Positions 29,186 through 42,605 of a stretch of 64,000 nucleotides of DNA are shown one piece after another (within the stretch, counting starts at the first letter, position 1; the number at the start of each line of letters is the position of its first letter). The stretch spans positions 52,328,001 through 52,392,000 of the forward strand of contig OX597828.1 in assembly GCA_951406725.2 (NCBI GenBank), read 5' to 3'. A program made the translations under genes and the position numbers. The notes under the pieces were generated by a model. That model saw only the letters and a list, made by a program, of their open reading frames with translations. It was not told where the DNA came from and did not search any database. This DNA is from Octopus vulgaris (lineage: Eukaryota).

Positions 29186-29655
29186 CTGTTTAAATATATA
29201 TATATATATATATATATAAATATATATATATATTCCAGTGCGTATATATACACACTTATACATCTATATGCATATCTCTAATCTATTTGACTATCAATGT
29301 ATATGAATATCTATCTCTCACTCTCTCTCTTTCTCTTTCTCTCTTTATATATATATATACTGTGTGTGTCTAAATGTGTGCTAGTAGTCACTTATGTCAC
29401 ACGCACGTACTAACACATTTGTGTACACCACATTCTCACACACATTTCGTACTTTATTAAGATTAAAATTTTTACGTACGATGTATTTTCATATATCTAT
29501 CCATCTGTATTCTTATAGTTAAACACACGCGATTATACTCACACTATTCCACACACAGGTTCACAGTAATACACGCATATACAAATATAGATACGTCTGT
29601 ATGTATGTATGCATGTATGTATGTATGTGTGTATGTATGTATGTATGTATGTATG

Positions 29656-29686
<31 letters not shown>

Positions 29687-31051
29687 ATATGCATGTATTA
29701 TGCTTGTATGTGTGTATGTGTGCGTAAATGTGTATGTGTGTGTATGTGTCTGCATCAAATTGCATTGTGTTAATTATTTATATCGAAAGAAGAAGAAGAA
29801 GAAGAAGAAGAAGAAGAAGAAGAAGAAGAAGAAGAAGAAGAAGAAGAAGAAGAAGAAGAAGAAACTTGTGAAAATGGCGAAAGTTATAGTAATTAAACAA
29901 AGGGAGATAAATATACTACTGTGGGCAGTTACTTATTTTGTGGTGGTGTTAGCTGCTGCATACCCCCACTGCCCTCTAAATTTCTCCCCTGCCGCCATTA
30001 GGCAAAACTTAGGCGTAGGACAAAGAAAGACAAACATACATAAACCCCTATTTACGAAATATAACCAAAACTTGGGAATATTGGTCCATCATTTCCGGTG
30101 TATTTGCCAACCTCCGTTATCTCCCCTCAGTCCATTCCTTTTGCCGCCTTGTATTCCATTCGCATCACATTTCCCCCTCACTTCCTACAATTTTCCTTTT
30201 CTCTCTTAGCCACTGTTTTTCTTTATTTCTTTCCTTCTATCTGTCTTTCATTTAACTATAGCCCCACCCCTAAAAACGGGTAAATAATAGAAAAATAAAT
30301 ATATAAATAGAATGAAAGTTATCCAAGATAAGTCCCGTCACTTGCGTGTTTTAAAGGTCCATCGCAGATAATGCATTAAGTATAGAATCGCCGCCCAGTT
30401 AGAAAAGTAAGTACAGTTATAGCCGCCATGATTGCCCAAGCCGGAAGTGGTGACTACCTAAGGTTATTTTCTTTCTTATTTCGTTTGTTTAATTCTTTCG
30501 TTTTTATTTTATCGTATTTTCTTTGTCTCCTTCTTCATTTAGTTTTCCTACAATCAACACACTTTATATTGCTCTGGGGGTGCCGTACTTAGTCCTGAAT
30601 TCTCTTAGGTGGACGGAGATAAAGAAACAGAAAAATAAATCGACCAGAAAAATTCCCAGAAACCGAATGACCTAACGACCAGATTACCAGCCGACCAACC
30701 GACCAACCGACCAACCAACAAACAAACTAGCGTCCCCGACCAACCAGAAAACAAACAAACAAAAATAAAAACAATCTATTGTTAGTTGTGGTTCGCTCTT
30801 GAATAATATTTTGATGCGTTTTAGATATAGATATTACCCGGTAGGTATTACTTGAGATTCTATATTTGTAAATGGGGACATGAATGCATACATACATACA
30901 TACATACATACATACATGCATGCATACATACATACACATACACTCATACATACATACATACATACATAAATACATACATACATAAATACATACATACGCA
31001 TACATACATACACTCATACATACATAAATACATACATACATATATACATAA

Positions 31052-31119
<68 letters not shown>

Positions 31120-32172
31120 GTAAGTATGTGTGAATGTATGCATAAATTATGTATGTATTTATGTTTGAATGTAATATATATGTGTGTGTGTGTACGTATA
31201 TATATATATATACATATACCTATACCTATATATATATGTGTGCATGTCTCTATGTAAGTTTGTATGTATGCATGCGTGTATGCATATGTATTTATGCATA
31301 TATGTAAGCCTGTAAATATACATGTGTGTGTATGAGCTCGCATGCAAGTTTGTATATAATGTATGTGTCTACGCATGTGTATGCATGAATATGTTAATTC
31401 ATATATATGTGTGTCTGTATACATACAAACATCCATCTATCCACCCATCCATCCATACATACATACATACATGAATACACGCATATATGACTACACATTC
31501 ATATATGCGTATGTACGTATGCAAATATACGTGTATATGTCCACGCGTATGGCATACAAGTCAAAAGAAGTAAAAAGCAACAACAGACAAAAATAAAGAG
31601 GATTGTGGTTTGCAAGACCATTTGCGGTAGGAATTGAAACTAAATGCTGCGGTTTGCTGATGAAAAACCATCAATTTTGCTGTTGATGCACAGAAACTAA
31701 AGTGTCTGTTGTCGTAGATGTGGTTTAGAGTCGAAAAGGAAGTTCTATGGAAAACTTTGTTCCTCAATGAGTGTTAATTATGGAAAATATTTGAACCTTG
31801 AGCCACTGGCTTTTCAATGACGAGACAAACCCATGGGCTCTTCTTCGCATATAATACCGCATCATTAAGATATCACCTCGGATGTTCCTGCCTTCGGTCG
31901 ACGGATTTTCGGTTTGTAATGTATATATGTGTAATGTCTGTATGTCTGTATGTCTGTATGCATGTATGTATGTATGTATGGATGGATGGATGGATGGATT
32001 AATGTATCTATATATGCACGTATGTATGTATAGATGCATGTACGCATGCAGTAGTGTGTATAAATATAAGTACGTATTTACGTCTCTATCTGTCGATCTA
32101 TCTATCTATCTACCTATCTATCTATCTATCTATCTATAAATATATATATATATACGTATATACATATCTATA

Positions 32173-32203
<31 letters not shown>

Positions 32204-32269
32204 TTATATATATATATATATACGTATATACATATATATATATATATATATATACGTATATATGTATAT

Positions 32270-32315
<46 letters not shown>

Positions 32316-32347
32316 ATATATACTTATATGTATATATTTCTAAGTAT

Positions 32348-32379
<32 letters not shown>

Positions 32380-32429
32380 TTGTATCTTGGTGTTGTAATT
32401 GTTCGTATGTTAATTGGTTCATTTGTGCT

Positions 32430-33890
32430 TATTCTTGTGAAATATCTAAATTTGGATTTTCAACATATTCAACCTGTCTTCCGTCAATCCGTAGATTGAT
32501 TTTCAAAGTATATCTCACCATCATAAACATCAGGTGTTGGGTATCCTTAAAAAGGAAAATGAGAGAGGTGTCCGTTAGTTTTAGCAAAGAGATTGCTTTA
32601 GAAAACAACAAAATAGAAAATAAATTAGTTATAAACTTAGAAGGGTCACATAAAAGTGGGATTGCAAATGACGCGCTAGTGGCGAGAATGGAATTCGACC
32701 ATTTCTTCGATGTGAAGGCAGTATTGTCCGATCTAGGGTGCGTACCTTGAAACACGAAAGCACAAAAGCCGCTGGTTGGGCCCTGGTAGCGAAGGCACAG
32801 CATGGGAACAAATATAGGATTCGCTTTGTGACGAACTGCAGTGGCTACGTGCACTCCGATTCTAAACAAATGAGCGTAGTGTTTTGACAGTATTTCATCG
32901 ACTTCTTTTCGAGGAGTGTCATTCTTGACACAGCGGGCTTTGAGGTTTAACTCGAGGGTATGCCGCGCCTATCGGACAAGGATATCGAGTGCTGCGAGAA
33001 TTCAGATGTACTGGGTCACTGCGTGGAGCACAAATCACCATGATTTAATTGTTTGCCCTATAAACTATATATGCTCGTGTCGGGCTTGTGTTTGCGCCGG
33101 TTTTAGCAGTTGTCTACTGCTCCTAGGAAGCATTCCTAGTCGTGTCACTGCTGAGAACAAATCTGAAAAAGGAGGATGTGATTGAAAATTTCAATTAATA
33201 GCTCTACTCAACACTGAGTTTAGCTAAGGAGCTCGCCAAAAGGCTGGAACTTGTCGGTAGTATAGTCGGAGATGCACAAACCTATGCGATCGCCGGTAGA
33301 TCTATCCACGACAATCTCCACCTCATGCGATACATCGTAGACTGAGTAGTCTCTTCCACAGGACCTTCGGGTCGAAGATCATGGATACTTTCCGTGGCTT
33401 GGCAGTGCTACAGAAGGGCATTGCCTGTTCGGGACAAGCTCTTAAGTCATGGAAGTGCTAACAGCCGAACATGCCCGAGATGCTTGTAGGTGGACGAAAC
33501 TGTCTTACATGCAATAATTCAATGTTCGTGCATTAGAGAGATGTGGGATTGTGTGGAGCGGGTGTTGTCGCGTGTAAGACGAATTCAGCTGCCTGCTGAG
33601 TGCCTAGTGAAGATCAACGCACCACATTCCCTTGACAGAGAAGGAAGGCAGCTCTTTCTCTGCTTAGTGGCTGTGCCAAGAGAGGCTATTTGGTGGACCC
33701 CTCTGAAAGGTTGGAAGAATGGCACTTTCTTATTTGGCTAAGCCCTCATCAATTTCTTCAAATATCATTTGAAAAGGGAGGTGATGGTAGAGAGAGAGTT
33801 ACTGCCTTCTAGTCTGCTTATCAAAAGGAGATCGACAGTGGCTTGACTGGTCAGACTGAATGGATCTACTTTTAATATGCTTTTCTAAGC
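32430..33890 (+). pseudogene. Degenerate L1/Tx1-clade LINE ORF2 with large internal deletions
   Basis: CWVSLKRKMREVSVSFSK (post-endonuclease region), ALLNTEF..LAKELAKR and AQTYAIAGRSIHDNLHLMRYI (RT start, ~33200-33340), and CPRCL*VDETVLHAIIQC....MW (C-terminal zinc knuckle, ~33472-33550). Confidence 0.8.
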
Positions 33891-34213
33891 AGGAGGAAAG
33901 AAACTGGAAGAGGGCGCTTTCCCATGCCTTGGAGATGGCAGAGTAATCCGAAAGTTTTGTGTGGGGTTACCTAGGATTACCATAAGGGGACTGCCCGCCA
34001 CCATTGGTGATTCTATTTATTTATTCTTTTGCTTTCTATTATATATCCTCTGTTATATCCTTTAATGTGGTAGTATCTCCCCTTGACAGATGTTAACCTC
34101 ACAAGTTTTTATTATTTGTTCCTGTGCTTTAACACGTCCTCCAAGTCTAGGGCCCTTGTGGCCAATAAAAGAAAGTATTATTATTATTGTTGTTTTTGTG
34201 TTTGTTGTTGTTG

Positions 34214-34276
<63 letters not shown>

Positions 34277-34292
34277 GCACTCTGGACGAAAT

Positions 34293-34432
34293 ACGCTCTG
34301 AGTTCAAATTCCGCTGAGGTCGGCTTTGCATTTCATCCTTTCGAAGTCGATAAATTAATTACCAGTAGAGTACTGGAGTCGATGTAATCGACTAGTGCCC
34401 TTCCACAAAAAACTTCAGGCCTTGTGGCTTTA
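34293..34432 (+). mobile_element. SINE family C variant, partial
   Basis: CTGAGTTCAAATTCCGCTGAGGTCGGCTTTGCATTTCATCCTTTCG...TCAGGCCTTGTG, following an (ATT)n tract. Confidence 0.8.
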
Positions 34433-34606
34433 GTATGTGGTATTCATCAGTCACAAGGATGAGGAAACGTTAATGTCTACCACTCCTGCAATGGGTCCTA
34501 GTGTGAGTTACCTCGCTTGTCTATGATTCTTAGGTGAATTTACTCATGCCTATAAATCGCAGCCTGCCCACGAGTTGACATATATATATATATATATATA
34601 TATATA

Positions 34607-34835
34607 CCAGAGTAAACACATAAATGTGAAACAAGGTGGAAAAAAGAGTACTCAAATACCAGTGGTAGAGTAATATGCTTTATTTAAAGCAGCAGAAAAT
34701 TCAACAAAATCTGTTACTCTGAGTTTCTCGTTGCCGTTCATCAGACAGTTTTTGCTAGCAAAAACTGTCTGATGAACGGCAACGAGAAACTCAGAGTAAC
34801 AGATTTTGTTGAATTTTCTGCTGCTTACAATAAAG
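34607..34835 (-). mobile_element. Miniature fold-back PLE remnant between two (TA)n tracts
   Basis: Perfect palindrome 34687-34826 centred on GCTAGC; the left side extends further, to 34607; (TA)n on both flanks; contains a hammerhead motif. Confidence 0.8.
34765..34802 (+). ncRNA. Minimal type I hammerhead ribozyme (mirror copy on the minus strand at 34711-34748)
   Basis: CTGT-CTGATGA-A CG GCAA CG A-GAAA-CTCAGAG-TA-ACAG: stem I CTGT/ACAG, canonical core, GCAA-capped stem II with an A.A closing mismatch, short stem III, GUA cleavage triplet. Confidence 0.75.
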
Positions 34836-35780
<945 letters not shown>

Positions 35781-35956
35781 AAATTAGAGAATGGAGAAAC
35801 ATACTTAAATCAATAAAACATCAACTATCCGATGATACCCAATCAATACTTTAATACACCATTACATATGAGTAGAGGCATTATACAAAAAGAGATATAC
35901 ATTAATAGTAAAAAGATAAAGAGATATAAGTAAAAAATTTCAAATATAATATGCAA

Positions 35957-36085
35957 TTAATCAAAACTGACAGCTGTTTCGGCAGTGAGGGCAGTCATAC
36001 CTCATTTAACCTATAAGCCATAAAGGCAGGTATAAATGAGGCATTAACAAGGATGCCCCACGGCCTCTTCAGAGAATTAAATTAA
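35957..36085 (-). ncRNA. Hammerhead ribozyme with extended stem II (inverted-arm copy)
   Basis: Reverse complement of 42133-42261. Confidence 0.8.
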
Positions 36086-36417
36086 ATTTGTTATAATTGT
36101 GAAAAATATTATATAATCATATACATATAAATATAAAAATATAAAAATGTAAAATATAAAAACTTATACATCATAATGCTACACTTATATAATATAATAC
36201 ACATTGGTACAATAAAGGAAGGTAAACAGAACAAAATAAAACAAAATATATATCAGTGTATATATTAATATTAATATTAATAAGTACCGATATTATACAT
36301 ATTTGGCTAATATTTTTAAAAAAAAAACCTAACACATAGGGAGATGAAAAATAATTAAAACCATGGTTCAGTTCATAAAATTCTAAAGCTATAAAAGTTA
36401 ATAAAAATTACTATAAT

Positions 36418-36484
<67 letters not shown>

Positions 36485-38202
36485 GATACAGTTAAGTTTG
36501 CACAAAGTCCATCCTTTCAAGAACGAAATAACTATGAGTTTAGAAATGCTGACCACTAGGTAAAGAAAATTTAGATTAATTCGATTGGCTATTGGTTTGA
36601 AATTTAAATCACAAAAGAAAATTATACGGTTGGTTAGTCAAGGAACGCCAATATTCACACACGCATCTACAGATCAATCGCACATACACACATAGTTATA
36701 TGTATATACATACACTTATACGCATACATAATCACAAGCAACAACTAGCACATAGATAAACAAAAAGGGAAGCAACTATGCTACCATTTAGTCCTACAAA
36801 ATTATAACTGTGCTTCAAATAACGAAAAAGAACCATCCATGCCTTTCATAAAATATTTAATTTAGATATAAATATATTTTTAAATATCAGTATGTTACTA
36901 AGTCAGATAATTATTTCATGGGTAACTTAAAATTTATAACACCGGTTTGTTGCATAGTAAACATACGGTTGTTAGATTTATCGTAAGTTTGTTATGATTC
37001 CAAGTACGCTAAAATATAAAATAAAAAATATAAAATATATATTAATTTATATATTATAAATAAATCACATATTTACTTAATAAATTTAATGCCATAATAT
37101 ACCAGTTTAGGTATTAAAAAATAGAAGGGGAAGTACTAATGTAAACGCTTATGAGAACATCAGAGAAATTTTTAAAAATTTATATTATAAATACTTAAGA
37201 TAAAATGCGATAAAATAAATAAGAAGGAATAAACACGAAGGAATAAATACGGTTATACACATATTATAAGTACAAACCAGTATATATGTATACATATATT
37301 ATTAAAATTTAAATAAAAATAAATGATAGATATGTATGTATAAAACTACCCTAGTATAAGTACATAAGTAAAAAATAAATAGATAACAAATTAGATGACT
37401 TGATATGTATGTAAACATCCACACTTAAATAGGCAAATAAATAAATAATTAGAAGACCAAATGCAGAGATTGATAACAATACAATAAAATAAAAAATAAA
37501 TAAAGTGAATATATATGTTATATTGTTGAAGGTAAATATGTATGGAAGGATAATTTAAAGTACAGATCCAGAGGACTATAGATATAAACTAAATATATAA
37601 GGCTGGTAATATTTATAAAGCCAAATGTATGTAAATGAAAAAATGAAAAAAATGAAAAAAGGAAAAAAGGAAAAAGGTTTATTAGTAAATAGCATAAGAT
37701 ACAAATTAAGGTGAGTACAAAGAAAGACCAAATATACAATAAAAACCTTCCAAATAAACACATACAAAAAAAAAATATACAAAAAACCTATATTCTCAAC
37801 CTAAACACACCAAACCCATAAAAGGCTCTCCTATATTACATATTATACAATAACATTACATTATCTAGAGCTAGGTATCTAACCAAGATATACATATATA
37901 CTATGCAATATACTATGCAATATTAGAAAACTTCAAAAATCACATATTACAAGGCAAATACCAAAATGAATATGTTATTTCCTGTCATATTACATTTACC
38001 TTAAAAAACAAACAAAAACCCACATACAAAAACAAGAAACAAATAATACTAGACACATCTATTATTATTATACAAATGTAGCTATAAAAATTATAAAATT
38101 ATAAATTTATAAGTTGTATACTTTGGAATTATAGAAGACCACAGGTATAGTTAGTTAAAGAAGGGAGTTAAAAAATTAATAATAGTGGAAGTGCTAAGTT
38201 CT

Positions 38203-38726
38203 ATTTGAATCTAGAAAAGGTGAACGGTAGCCTATGAATGCAAAAGAAGTTTTTTTCATTAATGTTGTTAATAATTTGCCGACCCGCTTTAATAATGAAA
38301 AAAATTTCATTAATACATAGAGAGCATTTTTATTTTTTCCATTATACACAGGTGCTGAAGTTAGTATTTTCCAGTTTAATCTAAAATCCAAGTTCTTACT
38401 TTTAAGTTCCCAAATATATGCACTGAGCCCTGTAGAGTACATTCTATTTTTATTTCTAAAAGTATATCTGTGATAATTCAATCTTTGTTTTATGCTATTC
38501 ATAGTTGCCCCGATATACACCCTACTACTCAATTGTGTATCTACAGTGCATTGGTAAACTACCTCCTTCCTGAGGCATTGATTACCAAATACACATTTAT
38601 TTTTGTTTCTGCAATTACAAAGATTAACAGAATGAGGAAATCTAAGATTGGTCTCCACCCCTATACTACCATTCACATTATAAGTGTTACAATTGTTATC
38701 ATCATCCAAACCCAAAATCAACGAAT
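38203..38726 (-). pseudogene. Inverted partial copy of the GIY-YIG domain with a 1-bp frameshift
   Basis: Matches the + copy until ...LTSAPVYNGKN, where GGAAAAAATAAAAATGC (versus GGAAAAAATGAAAAATGC) shifts the frame. Confidence 0.9.
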
Positions 38727-40016
38727 AGATTTAGGATAAACAACAATATACATAAGAATAGTAAAAATAGAATATATGATAACACCTATAATAAATGTAG
38801 AAGTGATGTTAACCTCGGAAAGGTGAACGGTAGCTCAAATAGATCTGAGCTTACGGGTAATAGTAGTAATATTAATAATAATATACAAGTTAAAACTTAT
38901 GGTAGACATGGTAATGGTAAAGTATACTTGCGCAATAACCATGGGAATATTGATATAGATAGATATAACAATGACAGTGGTAAGAATAGTAATCCTATGG
39001 GTTGGTCTAGGAATAGGATTTTTACAAATAACAATAATTCTATAGGCAATCCTAATTCTGATAAGGATACATTATGGTTGATTATCCCATATGCAATGCA
39101 GATTAAAACAAACATAGTGAGAGCTTTGCATAATGTTATATTTAGGCATTTTGGTAAGGATAAGAATAAATTTAGTCCTTTAATTAACAACGGTACTGTT
39201 AGAGTGGGATATAGCATTACTCATAATCTAGCCACCATTATCTCCTCTTTTAATAACAGGAAACTGGATCACTTCTATAAGGATAGAAAATTGAATTTAG
39301 ACCAGGGAAATTTGCCCCTCTTTAATAATAATAGGAACAGAAACTTTCTTGGAACGAATGTGAACAACCCCCTTACTAATAATGAGTGCACCGTACCTGT
39401 CAGAGATAATATAAATGTAATAGATCATACTACTACTACCATTACTAGTACTAGTGATAGGAATATAGCCGATAATGTGAAATTAACTCATTCGTTGATT
39501 TTGGGTTTGGATGATGATAACAATTGTAACACTTATAATGTGAATGGTAGTATAGGGGTGGAGACCAATCTTAGATTTCCTCATTCTGTTAATCTTTGTA
39601 ATTGCAGAAACAAAAATAAATGTGTATTTGGTAATCAATGCCTCAGGAAGGAGGTAGTTTACCAATGCACTGTAGATACACAATTGAGTAGTAGGGTGTA
39701 TATCGGGGCAACTATGAATAGCATAAAACAAAGATTGAATTATCACAGATATACTTTTAGAAATAAAAATAGAATGTACTCTACAGGGCTCAGTGCATAT
39801 ATTTGGGAACTTAAAAGTAAGAACTTGGATTTTAGATTAAACTGGAAAATACTAACTTCAGCATCTGTGTATAATGGAAAAAATGAAAAATGCTCTCTAT
39901 GTATTAATGAAATTTTTTTCATTATTAAAGCGGGTCGGCAAATTATTAACAACATTAATGAAAAAAACTTCTTTTGCATTCATAGGCTACCGTTCACCTT
40001 TTCTAGATTCAAATAG
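38727..40016 (+). CDS. 5'-truncated PLE polyprotein: Asn-rich linker plus Cys-motif/GIY-YIG endonuclease (RT core missing)
   Basis: The frame is open from the inversion junction (RFRINNNIHKN...) to TAG at 40016. Motifs: WLIIPYAMQIKTNI, VRVGYS, CNCRNKNKCVFGNQCL, VVYQCTV...VYIGATMNSIKQRLNYH, STGLSAYIWELK, CSLCINE, CIH. The GTG start in the ORF track is not a real start. Confidence 0.88.
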   Translation, partial: RFRINNNIHKNSKNRIYDNTYNKCRSDVNLGKVNGSSNRSELTGNSSNINNNIQVKTYGRHGNGKVYLRNNHGNIDIDRYNNDSGKNSNPMGWSRNRIFTNNNNSIGNPNSDKDTLWLIIPYAMQIKTNIVRALHNVIFRHFGKDKNKFSPLINNGTVRVGYSITHNLATIISSFNNRKLDHFYKDRKLNLDQGNLPLFNNNRNRNFLGTNVNNPLTNNECTVPVRDNINVIDHTTTTITSTSDRNIADNVKLTHSLILGLDDDNNCNTYNVNGSIGVETNLRFPHSVNLCNCRNKNKCVFGNQCLRKEVVYQCTVDTQLSSRVYIGATMNSIKQRLNYHRYTFRNKNRMYSTGLSAYIWELKSKNLDFRLNWKILTSASVYNGKNEKCSLCINEIFFIIKAGRQIINNINEKNFFCIHRLPFTFSRFK

Positions 40017-41732
40017 AACTTAGCACTTCCACTATTATTAATTTTTTAACTCCCTTCTTTAACTAACTATACCTGTGGTCTTCTATAATTCCAAAGTATA
40101 CAACTTATAAATTTATAATTTTATAATTTTTATAGCTACATTTGTATAATAATAATAGATGTGTCTAGTATTATTTGTTTCTTGTTTTTGTATGTGGGTT
40201 TTTGTTTGTTTTTTAAGGTAAATGTAATATGACAGGAAATAACATATTCATTTTGGTATTTGCCTTGTAATATGTGATTTTTGAAGTTTTCTAATATTGC
40301 ATAGTATATTGCATAGTATATATGTATATCTTGGTTAGATACCTAGCTCTAGATAATGTAATGTTATTGTATAATATGTAATATAGGAGAGCCTTTTATG
40401 GGTTTGGTGTGTTTAGTTTGAGAATATAGGTTTTTTGTATATTTTTTTTTTGTATGTGTTTATTTGGAAGGTTTTTATTGTATATTTGGTCTTTCTTTGT
40501 ACTCACCTTAATTTGTATCTTATGCTATTTACTAATAAACCTTTTTCCTTTTTTCCTTTTTTCATTTTTTTCATTTTTTCATTTACATACATTTGGCTTT
40601 ATAAATATTACCAGCCTTATATATTTAGTTTATATCTATAGTCCTCTGGATCTGTACTTTAAATTATCCTTCCATACATATTTACCTTCAACAATATAAC
40701 ATATATATTCACTTTATTTATTTTTTATTTTATTGTATTGTTATCAATCTCTGCATTTGGTCTTCTAATTATTTATTTATTTGCCTATTTAAGTGTGGAT
40801 GTTTACATACATATCAAGTCATCTAATTTGTTATCTATTTATTTTTTACTTATTTACTTATACTAGGGTAGTTTTATACATACATATCTATCATTTATTT
40901 TTATTTAAATTTTAATAATATATGTATACATATATACTGGTTTGTACTTATAATATGTGTATAACCGTATTTATTCCTTCGTGTTTATTCCTTCTTATTT
41001 ATTTTATCGCATTTTATCTTAAGTATTTATAATATAAATTTTTAAAAATTTCTGTGATGTTCTCATAAGCGTTTACATTAGTACTTCCCCTTCTATTTTT
41101 TAATACCTAAACTGGTATATTATGGCATTAAATTTATTAAGTAAATATGTGATTTATTTATAATATATAAATTAATATATATTTTATATTTTTTATTTTA
41201 TATTTTAGCGTACTTGGAATCATAACAAACTTACGATAAATCTAACAACCGTATGTTTACTATGCAACAAACCGGTGTTATAAATTTTAAGTTACCCATG
41301 AAATAATTATCTGACTTAGTAACATACTGATATTTAAAAATATATTTATATCTAAATTAAATATTTTATGAAAGGCATGGATGGTTCTTTTTCGTTATTT
41401 GAAGCACAGTTATAATTTTGTTGGACTAAATGGTAGCATAGTTGCTTCCCTTTTTGTTTATCTATGTGCTAGTTGTTGCTTGTGATTATGTATGCGTATA
41501 AGTGTATGTATATACATATAACTATGTGTGTATGTGCGATTGATCTGTAGATGCGTGTGTGAATATTGGCGTTCCTTGACTAACCAACCGTATAATTTTC
41601 TTTTGTGATTTAAATTTCAAACCAATAGCCAATCGAATTAATCTAAATTTTCTTTACCTAGTGGTCAGCATTTCTAAACTCGTAGTTATTTCGTTCTTGA
41701 AAGGATGGACTTTGTGCAAACTTAACTGTATC

Positions 41733-41796
<64 letters not shown>

Positions 41797-42441
41797 AATA
41801 TTATAGTAATTTTTATTAACTTTTATAGCTTTAGAATTTTATGAACTGAACCATGGTTTTAATTATTTTTCATCTCCCTATGTGTTAGGTTTTTTTTAAA
41901 AAAAATATTAGCCAAATATGTATAATATCGGTACTTATTAATATTAATATTAATATATACACTGATATATATTTTGTTTTATTTTGTTCTGTTTACCTTC
42001 CTTTATTGTACCAATGTGTATTATATTATATAAGTGTAGCATTATGATGTATAAGTTTTTATATTTTACATTTTTATATTTTTATATTTATATGTATATG
42101 ATTATATAATATTTTTCACAATTATAACAAATTTAATTTAATTCTCTGAAGAGGCCGTGGGGCATCCTTGTTAATGCCTCATTTATACCTGCCTTTATGG
42201 CTTATAGGTTAAATGAGGTATGACTGCCCTCACTGCCGAAACAGCTGTCAGTTTTGATTAATTGCATATTATATTTGAAATTTTTTACTTATATCTCTTT
42301 ATCTTTTTACTATTAATGTATATCTCTTTTTGTATAATGCCTCTACTCATATGTAATGGTGTATTAAAGTATTGATTGGGTATCATCGGATAGTTGATGT
42401 TTTATTGATTTAAGTATGTTTCTCCATTCTCTAATTTTGTA
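39490..42441 (+). repeat. Right arm of the ~2.95 kb inverted repeat
   Basis: Reverse complement of 35777-38726 with only a few visible differences. Confidence 0.97.
42133..42261 (+). ncRNA. Type I hammerhead ribozyme with ~85 nt branched stem II
   Basis: CTGAAGA (42146-42152); stem II GGC.GTGGGGCA...CCTCATTTA...TAAATGAGG...TGCCCTCAC.GCC; GAAA (42238-42241); palindromic stem III ACAGCTGT; GUC cleavage after 42249; weak AT-rich stem I. Confidence 0.82.
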
Positions 42442-42605
42442 GTATTAATTTACGGTAATATTATTACCTTTACCCATATAATACATTTGATGAACTGATT
42501 GTTTGACAATTTTTAACATCTATGTATTAATCTTGTTGGGTACCTATCTGGCAGTATATTGGATATATATTATCCCATGGTGGGTTGAATTTTCAACCCC
42601 TATCT

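Larger units (their letters stand above)
35777..38726 (-). repeat. Left arm of a ~2.95 kb inverted repeat (partner 39490-42441)
   Basis: TACAAAATTAGAGAATGGAG... is the reverse complement of ...CTCCATTCTCTAATTTTGTA (42441); ...CCCAAAATCAACGAAT (38726) is the reverse complement of ATTCGTTGATTTTGGG (39490); the same ORFs appear on opposite strands in the ORF track. Confidence 0.97.

Noticed and set aside
38823-40016. Stand-alone host or homing GIY-YIG nuclease gene starting at GTG 38823
   Set aside because: The frame is open upstream to the inversion junction, and PLE thumb/linker motifs precede the nuclease, so it is a truncated retroelement ORF.
35777-42441. DNA transposon (Foldback/Maverick-type) with giant TIRs, or organellar insertion
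   Set aside because: The arms contain the end of the PLE ORF, its UTR and ribozyme; the element extends asymmetrically past one arm; no transposase, TSD or mitochondrial genes are seen.
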